A stretch of 62,885 bases of DNA from Candidatus Benthicola marisminoris (lineage in GTDB: Bacteria > Gemmatimonadota > Gemmatimonadetes > Palauibacterales > Palauibacteraceae), in NCBI GenBank assembly GCA_023554335.1, contig JAMJQR010000081.1:1-62885 (forward strand). Direction: 5' to 3'. Each line of letters starts with the position of its first letter. Positions within the stretch are counted from its first letter, which is position 1. The notes beneath the pieces were generated by a model, which was not told where the DNA came from, did not search any database, and saw only the letters and a program-made list of their open reading frames with translations. Below, in pieces: positions 36,871-46,306 of the stretch. A program made the position numbers and the translations under genes.

Positions 36871-37293
36871 CTACTCCTCGAGAATCTGCAGCGAGATACG
36901 CTCGGCTCCCGCCTTCTTAACCTCGTCCAACACGTTGACCATGTGCCGGTACGCAGCATTCGGATCCGTCTTCACGGCGGCGATCAGGTTGGTGTTCTGC
37001 GCCAGCTCCTGCCGCAAAATGATCTCCACCTGGCGATACTGAACCACCTGCTCCTGCTCACTCTCCCCGCGCTTGACCACTACCGATCCGTCCGGCCTGA
37101 CGATGAAGAAGATCAGGTTCTTGGCCGAGACGTCCTGCTCCTCCGCCTGCTCCGGAAGGACGATCGGCAGCCCCTTCTCCTCGTTGAACACCGTCGTGGT
37201 GAGGAAGAACACGAGAAGCAGAAAGGCGATGTCCGCCATGGAAGCCGTCGGGATCTCGTCCGACACCCTCTGTTTGCGATTCAGAATCGGCAT
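36871..37293 (-). CDS. exbD: biopolymer transport protein ExbD/TolR (second copy)
   Basis: 140 aa with TASMADIAFLLLVFFLTTTVF and a periplasmic domain. Confidence 0.88.
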   Translation of the reverse strand: MPILNRKQRVSDEIPTASMADIAFLLLVFFLTTTVFNEEKGLPIVLPEQAEEQDVSAKNLIFFIVRPDGSVVVKRGESEQEQVVQYRQVEIILRQELAQNTNLIAAVKTDPNAAYRHMVNVLDEVKKAGAERISLQILEE

Positions 37294-37305
37294 TGTGCTG
37301 TGTCC

Positions 37306-38037
37306 TCAGTGCGTCGGGTCGTCGGCTCGAACCTGCGGGCTCGCGCCGCTCGGGGTCATCGCCTCGGCCTGCCAGATCAGATCCAGAACAGCCACGGCAC
37401 CCTTCTCCATATCCATGATCAGGGTGTCGATGCGGCTGACGAACCAGTTGTAGAAGATGTTCACCGGGATCGCGATGGCGAGCCCCGAGGCGGTCGTGAT
37501 CAGCGCCACCTTGATTCCGGAGGCGACCAGCGCCGGTTCCACCTGTCCCGCTGCTTCGATAGCGGCGAAGGCGGCGATCATGCCGATCACGGTTCCGAGG
37601 AAGCCGAGCATGGGGGCCACGTTCGCGATCGTCGCGAGGACGTTCATGCCCCGCTCCAGGAAGTCGAGCTCGATGCTGCCCGTGGTCGTGATGGCCTTCT
37701 CGATGTCCTTGCCTCGTTGCTCGTCCTTCACCCGGGTAAGGCCCGACACCAGGATCGCAGCTACGGGGCCTCTGGTGTCGCGGGCCATCTGCATGGCCTC
37801 GTCGAGACGACCCGTGGTGCCCAGCTCCTCGATGTGTTTCAGCAGCTTCTGGGAATCCAGGTGAGCGACGAGAAGCGTCCACCCCTTGGCCAGGATGACG
37901 CCGAGAGCGACGAGGGAGCACAGGACGAGGGGAACCATCATGAAGCCCCCGTCGCGGAAGATCGTCAGCAGTTCATAGCTGGTGTCTTGCACCCGACCGT
38001 CTCCGTTTGTCCGTTGACCACCGCCAGTCCAGCCCAA
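37306..38037 (-). CDS. exbB: MotA/TolQ/ExbB proton channel protein
   Basis: 243 aa with 3 TM segments and a MotA_ExbB C-terminal core (NVAPMLGFLGTVIGMIAAF ... ALITTASGLAIAIPV). The start may lie a few codons downstream. Confidence 0.88.
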   Translation of the reverse strand: MGWTGGGQRTNGDGRVQDTSYELLTIFRDGGFMMVPLVLCSLVALGVILAKGWTLLVAHLDSQKLLKHIEELGTTGRLDEAMQMARDTRGPVAAILVSGLTRVKDEQRGKDIEKAITTTGSIELDFLERGMNVLATIANVAPMLGFLGTVIGMIAAFAAIEAAGQVEPALVASGIKVALITTASGLAIAIPVNIFYNWFVSRIDTLIMDMEKGAVAVLDLIWQAEAMTPSGASPQVRADDPTH

Positions 38038-38079
38038 GAGGACGTAGTTTACCGGGCCGCGGAGGCCTCGTCAACGCGA

Positions 38080-38946
38080 TTATACGCGCGCATCGCCGCT
38101 TGCCGGCATTACACCGGACCGCTCCGGCGGGTCCAAGGAGGGCGCCTGGCCGGGTGCGGACAGGGAGACATCCTCCTCGCCACCCGCCGCCAGGCGCGAC
38201 TGAAGGTCGTCGGGGCGGAGCCCGCGGTGCAGGATCCCCCGGTGAGCGAGCGAGATCTGTCCCGTTTCTTCCGAAACCACCACGACCATCGCGTCCGTCT
38301 CCTCCGACAGGCCGATGGCCGCACGATGTCTCGTTCCGAGCGACCGGTCGAGGCCCGGAGACTCGGACAGGCGCAGGATCACGGAGCCGGCGTTGGCGAC
38401 CTGGTCCCGCCGGACGATGACGGCTCCGTCGTGCAGCGGCGAATAGGGCGTGAAGATCGTGGTCAGGAGCTCCGCGGTGACCTGGGCGTTGATGGGGGTG
38501 CCCTGGTCGACGTAGTTCGCGAGGTCGACTTGTCTCTCGACGGCAATGATCCCGCCAATCTTGGCCTTCGCGAGCCGATCGGAAGCCCGGACGATTTCCC
38601 CCACTACCTCTTGCTGCTCGCGCCGCGCGAAGAGCTGGAACAGGCGTGAGCGTCCAAGCCGGGCCAGGGCCGCGCGAATCTCCTGCTGGAAGATCACGAT
38701 GAGCGCAAAAGCACCATACGTGAAGACCTGCGAGAGGATATACGGGATGAGCCGCAGGCCTGCCGCCTGGGCCAGGACATACACGGAGACGAGGAACACG
38801 AACCCCAGAAGCACCTGGAATGCCCTCGTGCCGGTGTACATCAGGAGGATGCGGTACACGAGCCACGCTACGATGAGAATCTCGGCCAGGTCCTGCCAGG
38901 CGAACTGGTCGAGAAGGAACCCCACGTAGTCCAGGATAGCGCTCAT
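38080..38946 (-). CDS. cdaA: membrane-bound diadenylate cyclase CdaA (DisA_N/DAC domain)
   Basis: 288 aa with three N-terminal TM helices and DAC motifs PLHDGAVIV (DGA) and GTRHRAAIG (RHR). ATGA-type 4-nt overlap with the folP stop. Confidence 0.9.
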   Translation of the reverse strand: MSAILDYVGFLLDQFAWQDLAEILIVAWLVYRILLMYTGTRAFQVLLGFVFLVSVYVLAQAAGLRLIPYILSQVFTYGAFALIVIFQQEIRAALARLGRSRLFQLFARREQQEVVGEIVRASDRLAKAKIGGIIAVERQVDLANYVDQGTPINAQVTAELLTTIFTPYSPLHDGAVIVRRDQVANAGSVILRLSESPGLDRSLGTRHRAAIGLSEETDAMVVVVSEETGQISLAHRGILHRGLRPDDLQSRLAAGGEEDVSLSAPGQAPSLDPPERSGVMPASGDARV

Positions 38947-39827
38947 GACCGATGCACCTCAGCGGCCTTTCGGATCGCCCAGGCCAGGTCCAACGCTCTC
39001 CGAACCGCCCGAACGTCGTGCACCCGAAAGAGACGCGCACCTCTCTCCAGAGCCGTAACGCATGCAGCGATCGTTCCCTCGAGGCGCTCATCGACCGGCA
39101 GGTCGAGGGTCTTCCCGATGAACGACTTCCGGGACGGTCCCACGAGGATGGGGCGCCCCAGATCGAGAAGCCTGTCCAGGCCGCCGATCAGCGCCAGGCT
39201 GCCCTCGGCGGACTTCCCGAAGCCGATACCAGGGTCCACCACCAACTGCTCGGGCCGGCACCCGCGCTCGCCGGCGATCTGCGTGGACCGGCGCAGCCCG
39301 TCGGCCACTTCACTCATAAGGTCCGCATACTGGAGGTCGGTCTGCATCGTCCCGGGAGTGCCGCGCATGTGCATCAGGATGAGGCCGGCCCCTGCTTTCG
39401 CGGCGACCTCTGCCAGCGCGGGATCGTGGTTGAGCCCCGAGACGTCGTTGAGGGCCACTGCGCCCTCATCGATCGCCCGCTCGGCCACGGCGGCCTTCAT
39501 GGTGTCGACGCACGCGGGGATTCGGCGTTCCGCCAGGCCCCGAAGCACGGGCCCGATACGGGTCCATTCCTCGGCCGCGTCCACGGCGCGGGCGCCGGGC
39601 CGTGTCGACTCGCCGCCGACATCGATCAGATCCGCGCCGGATTCCATCATCTCCTCGGCGCGCGACAGAGCCGTCGCCGTATCCGGGTACCGGCCGCCGT
39701 CGGAGAACGAGTCGGGCGTGAGGTTGAGAACTCCCAGCAGGATCGGCCGATCGACGTGGACCTCGGTTCCCCGAAGAGTCCAACGCTCCGGCTCCGCCAT
39801 CACCGACACGCCGGATCCGGGGTACAC
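38943..39827 (-). CDS. folP: dihydropteroate synthase
   Basis: LNLTPDSFSDGG, DVGGESTRPGA and GIGFGK motifs. An alternative ATG lies at 39800. Confidence 0.92.
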   Translation of the reverse strand: MYPGSGVSVMAEPERWTLRGTEVHVDRPILLGVLNLTPDSFSDGGRYPDTATALSRAEEMMESGADLIDVGGESTRPGARAVDAAEEWTRIGPVLRGLAERRIPACVDTMKAAVAERAIDEGAVALNDVSGLNHDPALAEVAAKAGAGLILMHMRGTPGTMQTDLQYADLMSEVADGLRRSTQIAGERGCRPEQLVVDPGIGFGKSAEGSLALIGGLDRLLDLGRPILVGPSRKSFIGKTLDLPVDERLEGTIAACVTALERGARLFRVHDVRAVRRALDLAWAIRKAAEVHRS

Positions 39828-39832
39828 AGCGA

Positions 39833-41821
39833 TCAGGCCATCGCCGGAGAAGGCTCCCCGCCCGCATCCTCGCGCGGAGACTCGGCAGGCCGGGCCGGCT
39901 CGGGAGCCGCCGGCAGCACCGTGGGCGGCGTTGGCTGCGCGCCCGGGAGGGGAGGCAATTCACCGCCGTCTTCGAGGACGCGAACGTCGTCCGCGTCCAG
40001 GGTCTCGCGCTCGAGAAGCGCTTCCGCGATCGCGCCCAGCAGATCGCGGTTCTCCGTCAGTACCTGCTCCGCCCTCTGGTAGGCCTCATCAAGCATGCGC
40101 TTGATTTCGCTGTCCACCATTTCCGCGGTCTTATCCGATACGTCGCGGCGCTGGCTTATCTCCCGGCCCAGGAAGATCTCGTGCTCCTGTTCGCCCACGG
40201 CGATGGGGCCGAGCGCCTCCGACATGCCGAACTGGGTGACCATACGCCGTGCGATAGCGGTGGCCCGTTCGATGTCGTTTCCTGCGCCCGTGGTGATCTT
40301 GGACGGTCCGAAGATCATCTCTTCCGCGACCCGGCCGCCGAACAGCATGACCAGCTGACCCTCGAGCCAGCCCTTCGTGTAGTTGTGCCGATCTTCCTCT
40401 GGCAACGAGGCGGTGATGCCCAGAGCCCTTCCGCGTGGCATGATGCTGACCTTGTGGAGCGGATCCAGCCCCGGCACACGCCGAGCGATCACCGCGTGAC
40501 CCGCTTCGTGGTACGCCGTCACCCGTCGCTCTTCATCAGAGATCACCATGCTGCGCCGCTCGGCACCGAGCATGACCTTGTCCTTGGCGGAATCGAAGTC
40601 ATCCATGTACACCCGGTCTTTGTCGTGCCGGGCGGCCAAAAGGGCCGCCTCGTTCACGATGTTGGCCAGGTCGGCTCCGGACAGGCCCGGCGTGCCCTTG
40701 GCCAGGACGTTCAGGTTCACGTCGTCCGACAGCGGGATCTCCTTGGTATGCACCCGGAGAATCCCCTCGCGTCCGTTCACATCGGGAAAGTCAACCACGA
40801 TCTGACGATCGAAACGCCCCGGACGGAGGAGAGCCGGATCCAGCACGTCCGGACGATTCGTCGCTGCCAGCAGGATGACTCCCTCGTTGGACTCGAAGCC
40901 ATCCATCTCCACCAGGAGCTGGTTCAGAGTCTGTTCTCTCTCATCGTGCCCGCCCCCGAGGCCCGCGCCCCGGTGCCGACCTACTGCATCGATCTCGTCG
41001 ATGAATATGATGCAGGGGGCGTGCGACTTGCCCTGCTCGAACAGATCCCGGACGCGGCTCGCGCCGACCCCGACGAACATCTCCACGAAATCCGACCCGC
41101 TCATCGAGAAGAACGGGCGGCCCGCTTCGCCGGCGACGGCCCTCGCGAGGAGTGTCTTGCCGGTTCCCGGAGGACCTACCAGCAGAGCACCCTTGGGTAG
41201 CCTTCCCCCCAGTCTCCTGAACTTGGCCGGGTCCTTGAGGAACTCGATGATCTCCTCTAGCTCCTCCTTGGCCTCATCGGCGCCGGCCACGTCGACGAAA
41301 GTCACCTGCGGCGTGTCGCCGGTGAGCAGTTTGGCCTTCGACTTCCCGAAGCTGAAGGCGCGCGAGCCCCCGGCCTGCATCTGTCGGAAGAAGAAGAACC
41401 ACAGGCCGATGATGAGGATCCACGGCAGCACGGATACCAGGTAGCTGACCCAATTGGCGCCGGTCTCCTCGGCGTTCAGCTCTACTCCGGCGGCTTCCAG
41501 CTCGTCCACCAGCTCCTGGCTCGCCTCGGCGAGCAGGAGGGTGTGGAAGTGATCGACGGGCTGGCCGTCCACCTGCAGCGGCGTCCGAAGCTCGCCCTCC
41601 ACCTTCAGCCCTTCGGAGATCGTGACGGACCTGACATTATCCGCTTCGAGCTGCTCCCTGAACTCGGTGTACGTCAGCTCCCGCTGGAGCTGACGGCTCG
41701 TCTCCATCACCTGGAATATCGCGAGCGGGATGAGGATCACGAGCGCCCAGAAGGACGCAGTGCGCAGAAAGCGCCCGGTCTTCTGATCCTTGTTCCCGTC
41801 TTCCGGATTTGTCTTCGTCAC
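39833..41821 (-). CDS. ftsH: ATP-dependent zinc metalloprotease FtsH
   Basis: 662 aa with two TM segments, AAA+ Walker [20 protein letters not shown], Walker [11 protein letters not shown], and the zinc site HEAGHAV. Confidence 0.96.
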   Translation of the reverse strand: MTKTNPEDGNKDQKTGRFLRTASFWALVILIPLAIFQVMETSRQLQRELTYTEFREQLEADNVRSVTISEGLKVEGELRTPLQVDGQPVDHFHTLLLAEASQELVDELEAAGVELNAEETGANWVSYLVSVLPWILIIGLWFFFFRQMQAGGSRAFSFGKSKAKLLTGDTPQVTFVDVAGADEAKEELEEIIEFLKDPAKFRRLGGRLPKGALLVGPPGTGKTLLARAVAGEAGRPFFSMSGSDFVEMFVGVGASRVRDLFEQGKSHAPCIIFIDEIDAVGRHRGAGLGGGHDEREQTLNQLLVEMDGFESNEGVILLAATNRPDVLDPALLRPGRFDRQIVVDFPDVNGREGILRVHTKEIPLSDDVNLNVLAKGTPGLSGADLANIVNEAALLAARHDKDRVYMDDFDSAKDKVMLGAERRSMVISDEERRVTAYHEAGHAVIARRVPGLDPLHKVSIMPRGRALGITASLPEEDRHNYTKGWLEGQLVMLFGGRVAEEMIFGPSKITTGAGNDIERATAIARRMVTQFGMSEALGPIAVGEQEHEIFLGREISQRRDVSDKTAEMVDSEIKRMLDEAYQRAEQVLTENRDLLGAIAEALLERETLDADDVRVLEDGGELPPLPGAQPTPPTVLPAAPEPARPAESPREDAGGEPSPAMA

Positions 41822-41853
41822 GTCAGCCCTTCCTGTGCGGTACCGTCAACGAC

Positions 41854-42438
41854 TCAAATGCTGGCCACGAACGGGAGGTGTCTGAAGTCCTCCGCGTGGT
41901 CGAGGCCGTAGCCCACGAGAAAGTCCGTGGGCGCGTCGAATCCCACCCAGCGCGGTTCGAGCACGAGGCCCTCCGCAATGTGCTTGTGGAGCAACGCACA
42001 CAACTCGATCGACGCCGGCCCGCGGCTCTCCAGGGCCCTCGTCAGCCGGTTGATCGTGTTCCCGCTGTCCACGATATCCTCCACGAGCACGATGTGCCGT
42101 CCCTCGATCGGCGCCGTGGGGTCGTACAGCAGCTTCACATCTCCTGTCGACGTGGTTCCCGCTCCATAGCTCGATGCCACGATGAAGTCTACGTGCAACG
42201 GCCGAGCGATGTGCCGGACCAGGTCGCTGAGAAAGATGAACGAGCCCTTGAGCAATCCGAGTATGAGAACGTCGTCATCGGGTCCGTAGTGCCCGGTGAT
42301 CTCGGCCCCCATCTCGCGAACGCGAGCATCGATCGCCTCGGCGCCGAATACGACGCGCTGAAGCTCCCGACCCCCGGTGCGCGCCATCAGCCCTTCAGCC
42401 GTCAGATAAGGCGCTCCATCCCTTGCATGCTCATTCAT
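41854..42438 (-). CDS. hpt: hypoxanthine phosphoribosyltransferase
   Basis: PRPP-binding motif VLVEDIVDSGNT. The ATG at 42438 overlaps the tilS stop by 8 nt. Confidence 0.9.
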   Translation of the reverse strand: MNEHARDGAPYLTAEGLMARTGGRELQRVVFGAEAIDARVREMGAEITGHYGPDDDVLILGLLKGSFIFLSDLVRHIARPLHVDFIVASSYGAGTTSTGDVKLLYDPTAPIEGRHIVLVEDIVDSGNTINRLTRALESRGPASIELCALLHKHIAEGLVLEPRWVGFDAPTDFLVGYGLDHAEDFRHLPFVASI

Positions 42439-43795
42439 ATCGCAGATCGAACTCCAACATGGAGTGTGTCTCTTCCGCCCGGTCAACTCCGACCGCCGCG
42501 CCCAGGCCCTCCACCCACAGTACGTTGCCCGAGCGATCGGCCAGGACCGGCCGCCGTGCCCTCTCGCTCACGGGCACCCGCCGGTCGCCGAACCACTTCT
42601 TGAGTTTCCGTGTGCCCCCGGGCAGTCGGATTCGATCTCCGTACCTCCATCCCCGGAACAACAGGGGATAATGCCCCGGAGAAACGGCCACGGCAATGCA
42701 GTCCTTTACGCGTCGGGGCTTCGTGATCGGTCGCCAGCGCACGCTGAGGGTCCTTCCGCCGATCCGCATCCGGCCTTCTCCCCGCACCGGGTGCACGACG
42801 ACCTCACCGGAGGGCATCGGATCCTGCTCGCTGCTCACCACGATCCGATCAAACTCCCGAATCACCCTGAGCCCGCCGCCGATCGTCACGTAGGATCCGC
42901 TGCGGCCTCGGCTCATAAACTCGACCGCCGCCCGGGTTCCTCCACGCGTCAGATCGATACCCCATCTCCGGGCGACCTCACGGAACGCGGCTCCCGCGAG
43001 TTCACTCCCCGCCCTCTGCAGCGCCGTCACGTCCAGAACCACCCGGCCGGGACTCCCCCCGGCACGTTCCGCACGCGCCAGCAGAAGCGCGGTCATCTGC
43101 CGCGTCAACTGTCGGGCGAGGCCAGCCGCCCTGCTCAGACGCAGTAACCGGTCGACAGCTTCTCCGCCCCCCGACTCGAGGACCGGGATGATGTCGTGTC
43201 GGATGCGAGCCCGCGCCCAGCGGCGATCCCGGTTACCGGGGTCATCCTGCCACGTCGTCGCCCGGCCCTCGAGATAGCGGCGGAGTTCCGCACGGCGGAA
43301 CGGAAGCAGCGGCCTCACGATCCGGCCGCGGCGCGTGGGGATTCCGGCGAGGCCCTCCAGGCCCGAGCCGCGCATGACGCGGAAAAGCACGGTCTCTGCC
43401 TGATCATCGGCCTGGTGCCCCAGCGCGATGCGATCGGCCTGTTCTCCGGCCGCCAGCTCGTGAAGCCACGCATACCGGACGCGCCGCAGGTCGGCCTGGT
43501 TGATCGCCGGGGGCGGGAACGGCCGGCCCAGGTGAAACGGGAGCCCGAGGGAGGCCGCCACGCTGCGCGCCCTGGCGGCATCGCGCCGAGAGCCCTCGCG
43601 GATGGCATGATCGAAGTGGGCCACGAGCAGGCTGCAGTCCAGGTCGGCGGCGCGTTCGTGGATCAGATGAAGGAGCGCCGTGGAATCGGCTCCCCCCGAG
43701 AACGCCACCACGACCCGGGAGCCGCGCGGGAGAAGGCCCGGCTCGGCGCGCAGATGTTCCGAGAAAAGGGTCGGGAGACCTACTTCGAGCGCCAC
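42431..43795 (-). CDS. tilS: tRNA(Ile)-lysidine synthase
   Basis: 454 aa with the PP-loop VAFSGGADSTALL and a TilS C-terminal domain. Confidence 0.9.
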   Translation of the reverse strand: MALEVGLPTLFSEHLRAEPGLLPRGSRVVVAFSGGADSTALLHLIHERAADLDCSLLVAHFDHAIREGSRRDAARARSVAASLGLPFHLGRPFPPPAINQADLRRVRYAWLHELAAGEQADRIALGHQADDQAETVLFRVMRGSGLEGLAGIPTRRGRIVRPLLPFRRAELRRYLEGRATTWQDDPGNRDRRWARARIRHDIIPVLESGGGEAVDRLLRLSRAAGLARQLTRQMTALLLARAERAGGSPGRVVLDVTALQRAGSELAGAAFREVARRWGIDLTRGGTRAAVEFMSRGRSGSYVTIGGGLRVIREFDRIVVSSEQDPMPSGEVVVHPVRGEGRMRIGGRTLSVRWRPITKPRRVKDCIAVAVSPGHYPLLFRGWRYGDRIRLPGGTRKLKKWFGDRRVPVSERARRPVLADRSGNVLWVEGLGAAVGVDRAEETHSMLEFDLRYE

Positions 43796-44052
43796 GTGCC
43801 CGCGTTGCGGTCGAACCGAAGTCGCTCCGGGACCGCCACGGTCCCTCGCTGCGCGGGCAACTCGAGCTGTCCGTCGCCGTCTGGCGCGGTAGCCGGCGGG
43901 GTCCCATCGCCCGGGATTGCCGCGCCCTTCTCGTCCGGTCCCAGGGTCCGGCTGCGACCGAATACATACAGATCGAATGCCCGGCGCATGTCCGGCCTCA
44001 CGGGCAGCGCCACCGGGGCGACGACCGCCGGAGTGACGGTCTCTTCGCTCAT
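43780..44052 (-). CDS. hypothetical 90-aa protein
   Basis: High GC3 in frame. ATGA overlap with the frr stop and a 16-nt overlap with the annotated tilS start. I recognise no motif. Confidence 0.45.
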   Translation of the reverse strand: MSEETVTPAVVAPVALPVRPDMRRAFDLYVFGRSRTLGPDEKGAAIPGDGTPPATAPDGDGQLELPAQRGTVAVPERLRFDRNAGTWRSK

Positions 44053-44606
44053 ACCTCCATCACTTCCTTTTCTTTGCGCTCGAGCATCGCTTCAAGCTTC
44101 TCGATGTGACCGTCCGTCAGTTCCTGCAGCTTGTCCAGGTCGCGGCGCATCTGGTCCTCGCTGATCTCGCCGTCCTTCTTCTGCCGCTCGATCTCGGCCT
44201 TCGCCTTGTGCCGGGCATGGCGCACGGCGACGCGTCCTTCCTCCGTCATTCGGTGCAGCACCTTGACCATCTCCTTGCGCCTCTCCTCCGTGAGGGCCGG
44301 GATGCTGACCCGGATCACGTTTCCATCTACGGACGGATTCAGGCCGAGGTCCGCCGCCTGGATCGCTTTCGCCACGGTTCCTACGAGGCTCGTGTCCCAG
44401 GGCTGCACAACCAGCATCTGGGGTTCCGGTGCGGTGACCGTCGCCGTCTGCTTGAGGGGCATCTTGGACCCGTAGGCATCCACCTGAACGGTATCCAGAA
44501 GGCCCGGACTCGCTTTCCCCGTGCGCACCCCGGAGAACTCCCGTGAGATCGCCTCGAGGTTCCGGTCCATCTGATGGGAGGCTTCCTTCAGCGTCGGGCT
44601 GACCAT
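44049..44606 (-). CDS. frr: ribosome recycling factor
   Basis: The ATG at 44606 is preceded by GGGGGAG. 185 aa with SGVRTGKASPGLLD and the typical RRF C-terminal helices. Confidence 0.93.
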   Translation of the reverse strand: MVSPTLKEASHQMDRNLEAISREFSGVRTGKASPGLLDTVQVDAYGSKMPLKQTATVTAPEPQMLVVQPWDTSLVGTVAKAIQAADLGLNPSVDGNVIRVSIPALTEERRKEMVKVLHRMTEEGRVAVRHARHKAKAEIERQKKDGEISEDQMRRDLDKLQELTDGHIEKLEAMLERKEKEVMEV

Positions 44607-44619
44607 CTGATCTCCCCCT

Positions 44620-45333
44620 TCACGTGACGAGTGTGCCGATCTTCTCACCCCGCAGGGCGGCCAGGATCGCACCCTCCCTGCGGATGTTGAGGACGATCAC
44701 CGGCAAGTTGTTGTCCCGACATAGTGATACGGCCGCCGCGTCCATGACCGCCAGTTCGCGGTTGATCACGTCCCGGTAGGTAAGGTCGGGAAGGAACTCG
44801 GCCTCCGGGTCCTCTACCGGATCCGCGGAGTAGACACCATCCACCTTGGTCGCCTTCAGGATGACATCCGCCTCCATCTCGATCGCGCGGAGCACGGCCG
44901 CCGTGTCCGTAGAAAAGTAAGGGTTGCCGGTACCCCCGGCGAAGATCACGGCGCGGCCCTTCTCGAGATGCCGCAGGGCCCGGCGCCTGATGTACGGCTC
45001 CGCCAGCTGTTCCATCCGAATGGCCGTCATCACCCGCGACTCGACCCCGTGTCTCTCCAGCGCATCCTGAAGGGCGAGGGCGTTGATGACGGTCGCCAGC
45101 ATACCCATGTAATCGGCAGAGACGCGGTCCATTCCACGCTGGCTCGCCACCGCGCCACGCACGATGTTGCCGCCGCCCACCACCAGGCCGAGGCGAACTC
45201 CCGCCTCCCAGACCTTCTCGATCTCGAGAACGAGACGGTCCACCACTTCGGGCTCGATCCCGAAGCCCTGTTCTCCCGCCAGCGACTCGCCGGACAGCTT
45301 GACCAGGGCCCGGGGGTATTTCAAGTGCGACAA
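44620..45333 (-). CDS. pyrH: UMP kinase
   Basis: 237 aa with [15 protein letters not shown] and [13 protein letters not shown] motifs. Confidence 0.94.
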   Translation of the reverse strand: MSHLKYPRALVKLSGESLAGEQGFGIEPEVVDRLVLEIEKVWEAGVRLGLVVGGGNIVRGAVASQRGMDRVSADYMGMLATVINALALQDALERHGVESRVMTAIRMEQLAEPYIRRRALRHLEKGRAVIFAGGTGNPYFSTDTAAVLRAIEMEADVILKATKVDGVYSADPVEDPEAEFLPDLTYRDVINRELAVMDAAAVSLCRDNNLPVIVLNIRREGAILAALRGEKIGTLVT

Positions 45334-45343
45334 CGCTGCCTCT

Positions 45344-46192
45344 CTAACCTCCGATCGCGAAACGCACGAAACGACGGACGCTCACGTCGGAGCCGTGGCT
45401 GGCTACCAGATCCTCGATGCTGACGTCGGGATCCTTCACGAACCCCTGCTTCAGCAGCGTGTTCTCCTCAAAGTACTTCCGCATCCGGCCTTCGACGATC
45501 TTCTCCGCGATGTGCTCGGGCTTGCCCTCCGACTTGGCCTGCTCGACGAGTACGGCTCGCTCCCTCTCGCGATCGTCTGCGGGGATGTCATCGGGTGACA
45601 CCCCCATCGGGTTCGTCGCGGCCACATGCATGGCGAGGTCGCGCGCCAGCGCCGGCGCGTCGGTCGCTTCACCGGCAAGCTCCACGAGCACGCCAATGCG
45701 CCCGCCGAAGTGCAGGTAGGACCCGAGCACGCCGCCGTCCGCGATCGCGAGACGGACGGCCTTCTGCACTTCCAGGTTCTCGCCGATCGTCGCTCGCAGC
45801 GTGGACAGCTCCTCGGCCACGGACTCGAAGCCGCTCGAGGCCAGCAGATCCTCGCCGGTGAGCACGGTCCCCTCGGGAAGATCCGATTCGCGGACCTTCT
45901 CGGCCAGACCGGCGGCGAACGCCTGGAAATCCTGGTTTCTCGCCACGAAATCCGTCTCGCTCGAAACGGCGACCATGCCCACACCGGCGTCGCTCGCCGC
46001 GACGGACACGATCCCTTCCGTCATCTGCCGCTCCGACCGCTTCGCCGCCTTGGCGATGCCCCACTGCCGAAGCAGGTCGATCGCCTGCTCTTCATCACCA
46101 CCCGTCTCGAGCAGCGCCTTCTTGCAGTCCATCATTCCCGCACCCGTCCGGTCCCGCAAGGACTTCACCGCCGCCGCCGTGATCGCACCCAT
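45344..46192 (-). CDS. tsf: translation elongation factor Ts
   Basis: The ATG at 46192 gives an N-terminal UBA-like [22 protein letters not shown]. The upstream 25 codons of the track ORF are discarded. Confidence 0.93.
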   Translation of the reverse strand: MGAITAAAVKSLRDRTGAGMMDCKKALLETGGDEEQAIDLLRQWGIAKAAKRSERQMTEGIVSVAASDAGVGMVAVSSETDFVARNQDFQAFAAGLAEKVRESDLPEGTVLTGEDLLASSGFESVAEELSTLRATIGENLEVQKAVRLAIADGGVLGSYLHFGGRIGVLVELAGEATDAPALARDLAMHVAATNPMGVSPDDIPADDRERERAVLVEQAKSEGKPEHIAEKIVEGRMRKYFEENTLLKQGFVKDPDVSIEDLVASHGSDVSVRRFVRFAIGG

Positions 46193-46265
46193 CTCTCTAT
46201 CCCTTCTCGATTCGTTTCGATGTTTTACCGCGCACTCCGTACGCTCAACTGATTCCGTCCGGGCC

Positions 46266-46292
46266 AAAAAAATGGGCCACCGAAGTGGCCCA
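46266..46292 (-). terminator. intrinsic terminator or attenuator between rpsB and tsf
   Basis: On the minus strand, tgggccac-ttcg-gtggccca (8-bp stem, tetraloop) is followed by TTTTTTT. It lies 15 nt after the rpsB stop. Confidence 0.75.
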
Positions 46293-46306
46293 CCGTTTCG
46301 CGTCGC

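Noticed and set aside
36307-38649. 780-aa plus-strand ORF
   Set aside because: It is antisense to tonB (5' end), exbD, exbD, exbB and cdaA, all of which have family motifs on the minus strand.
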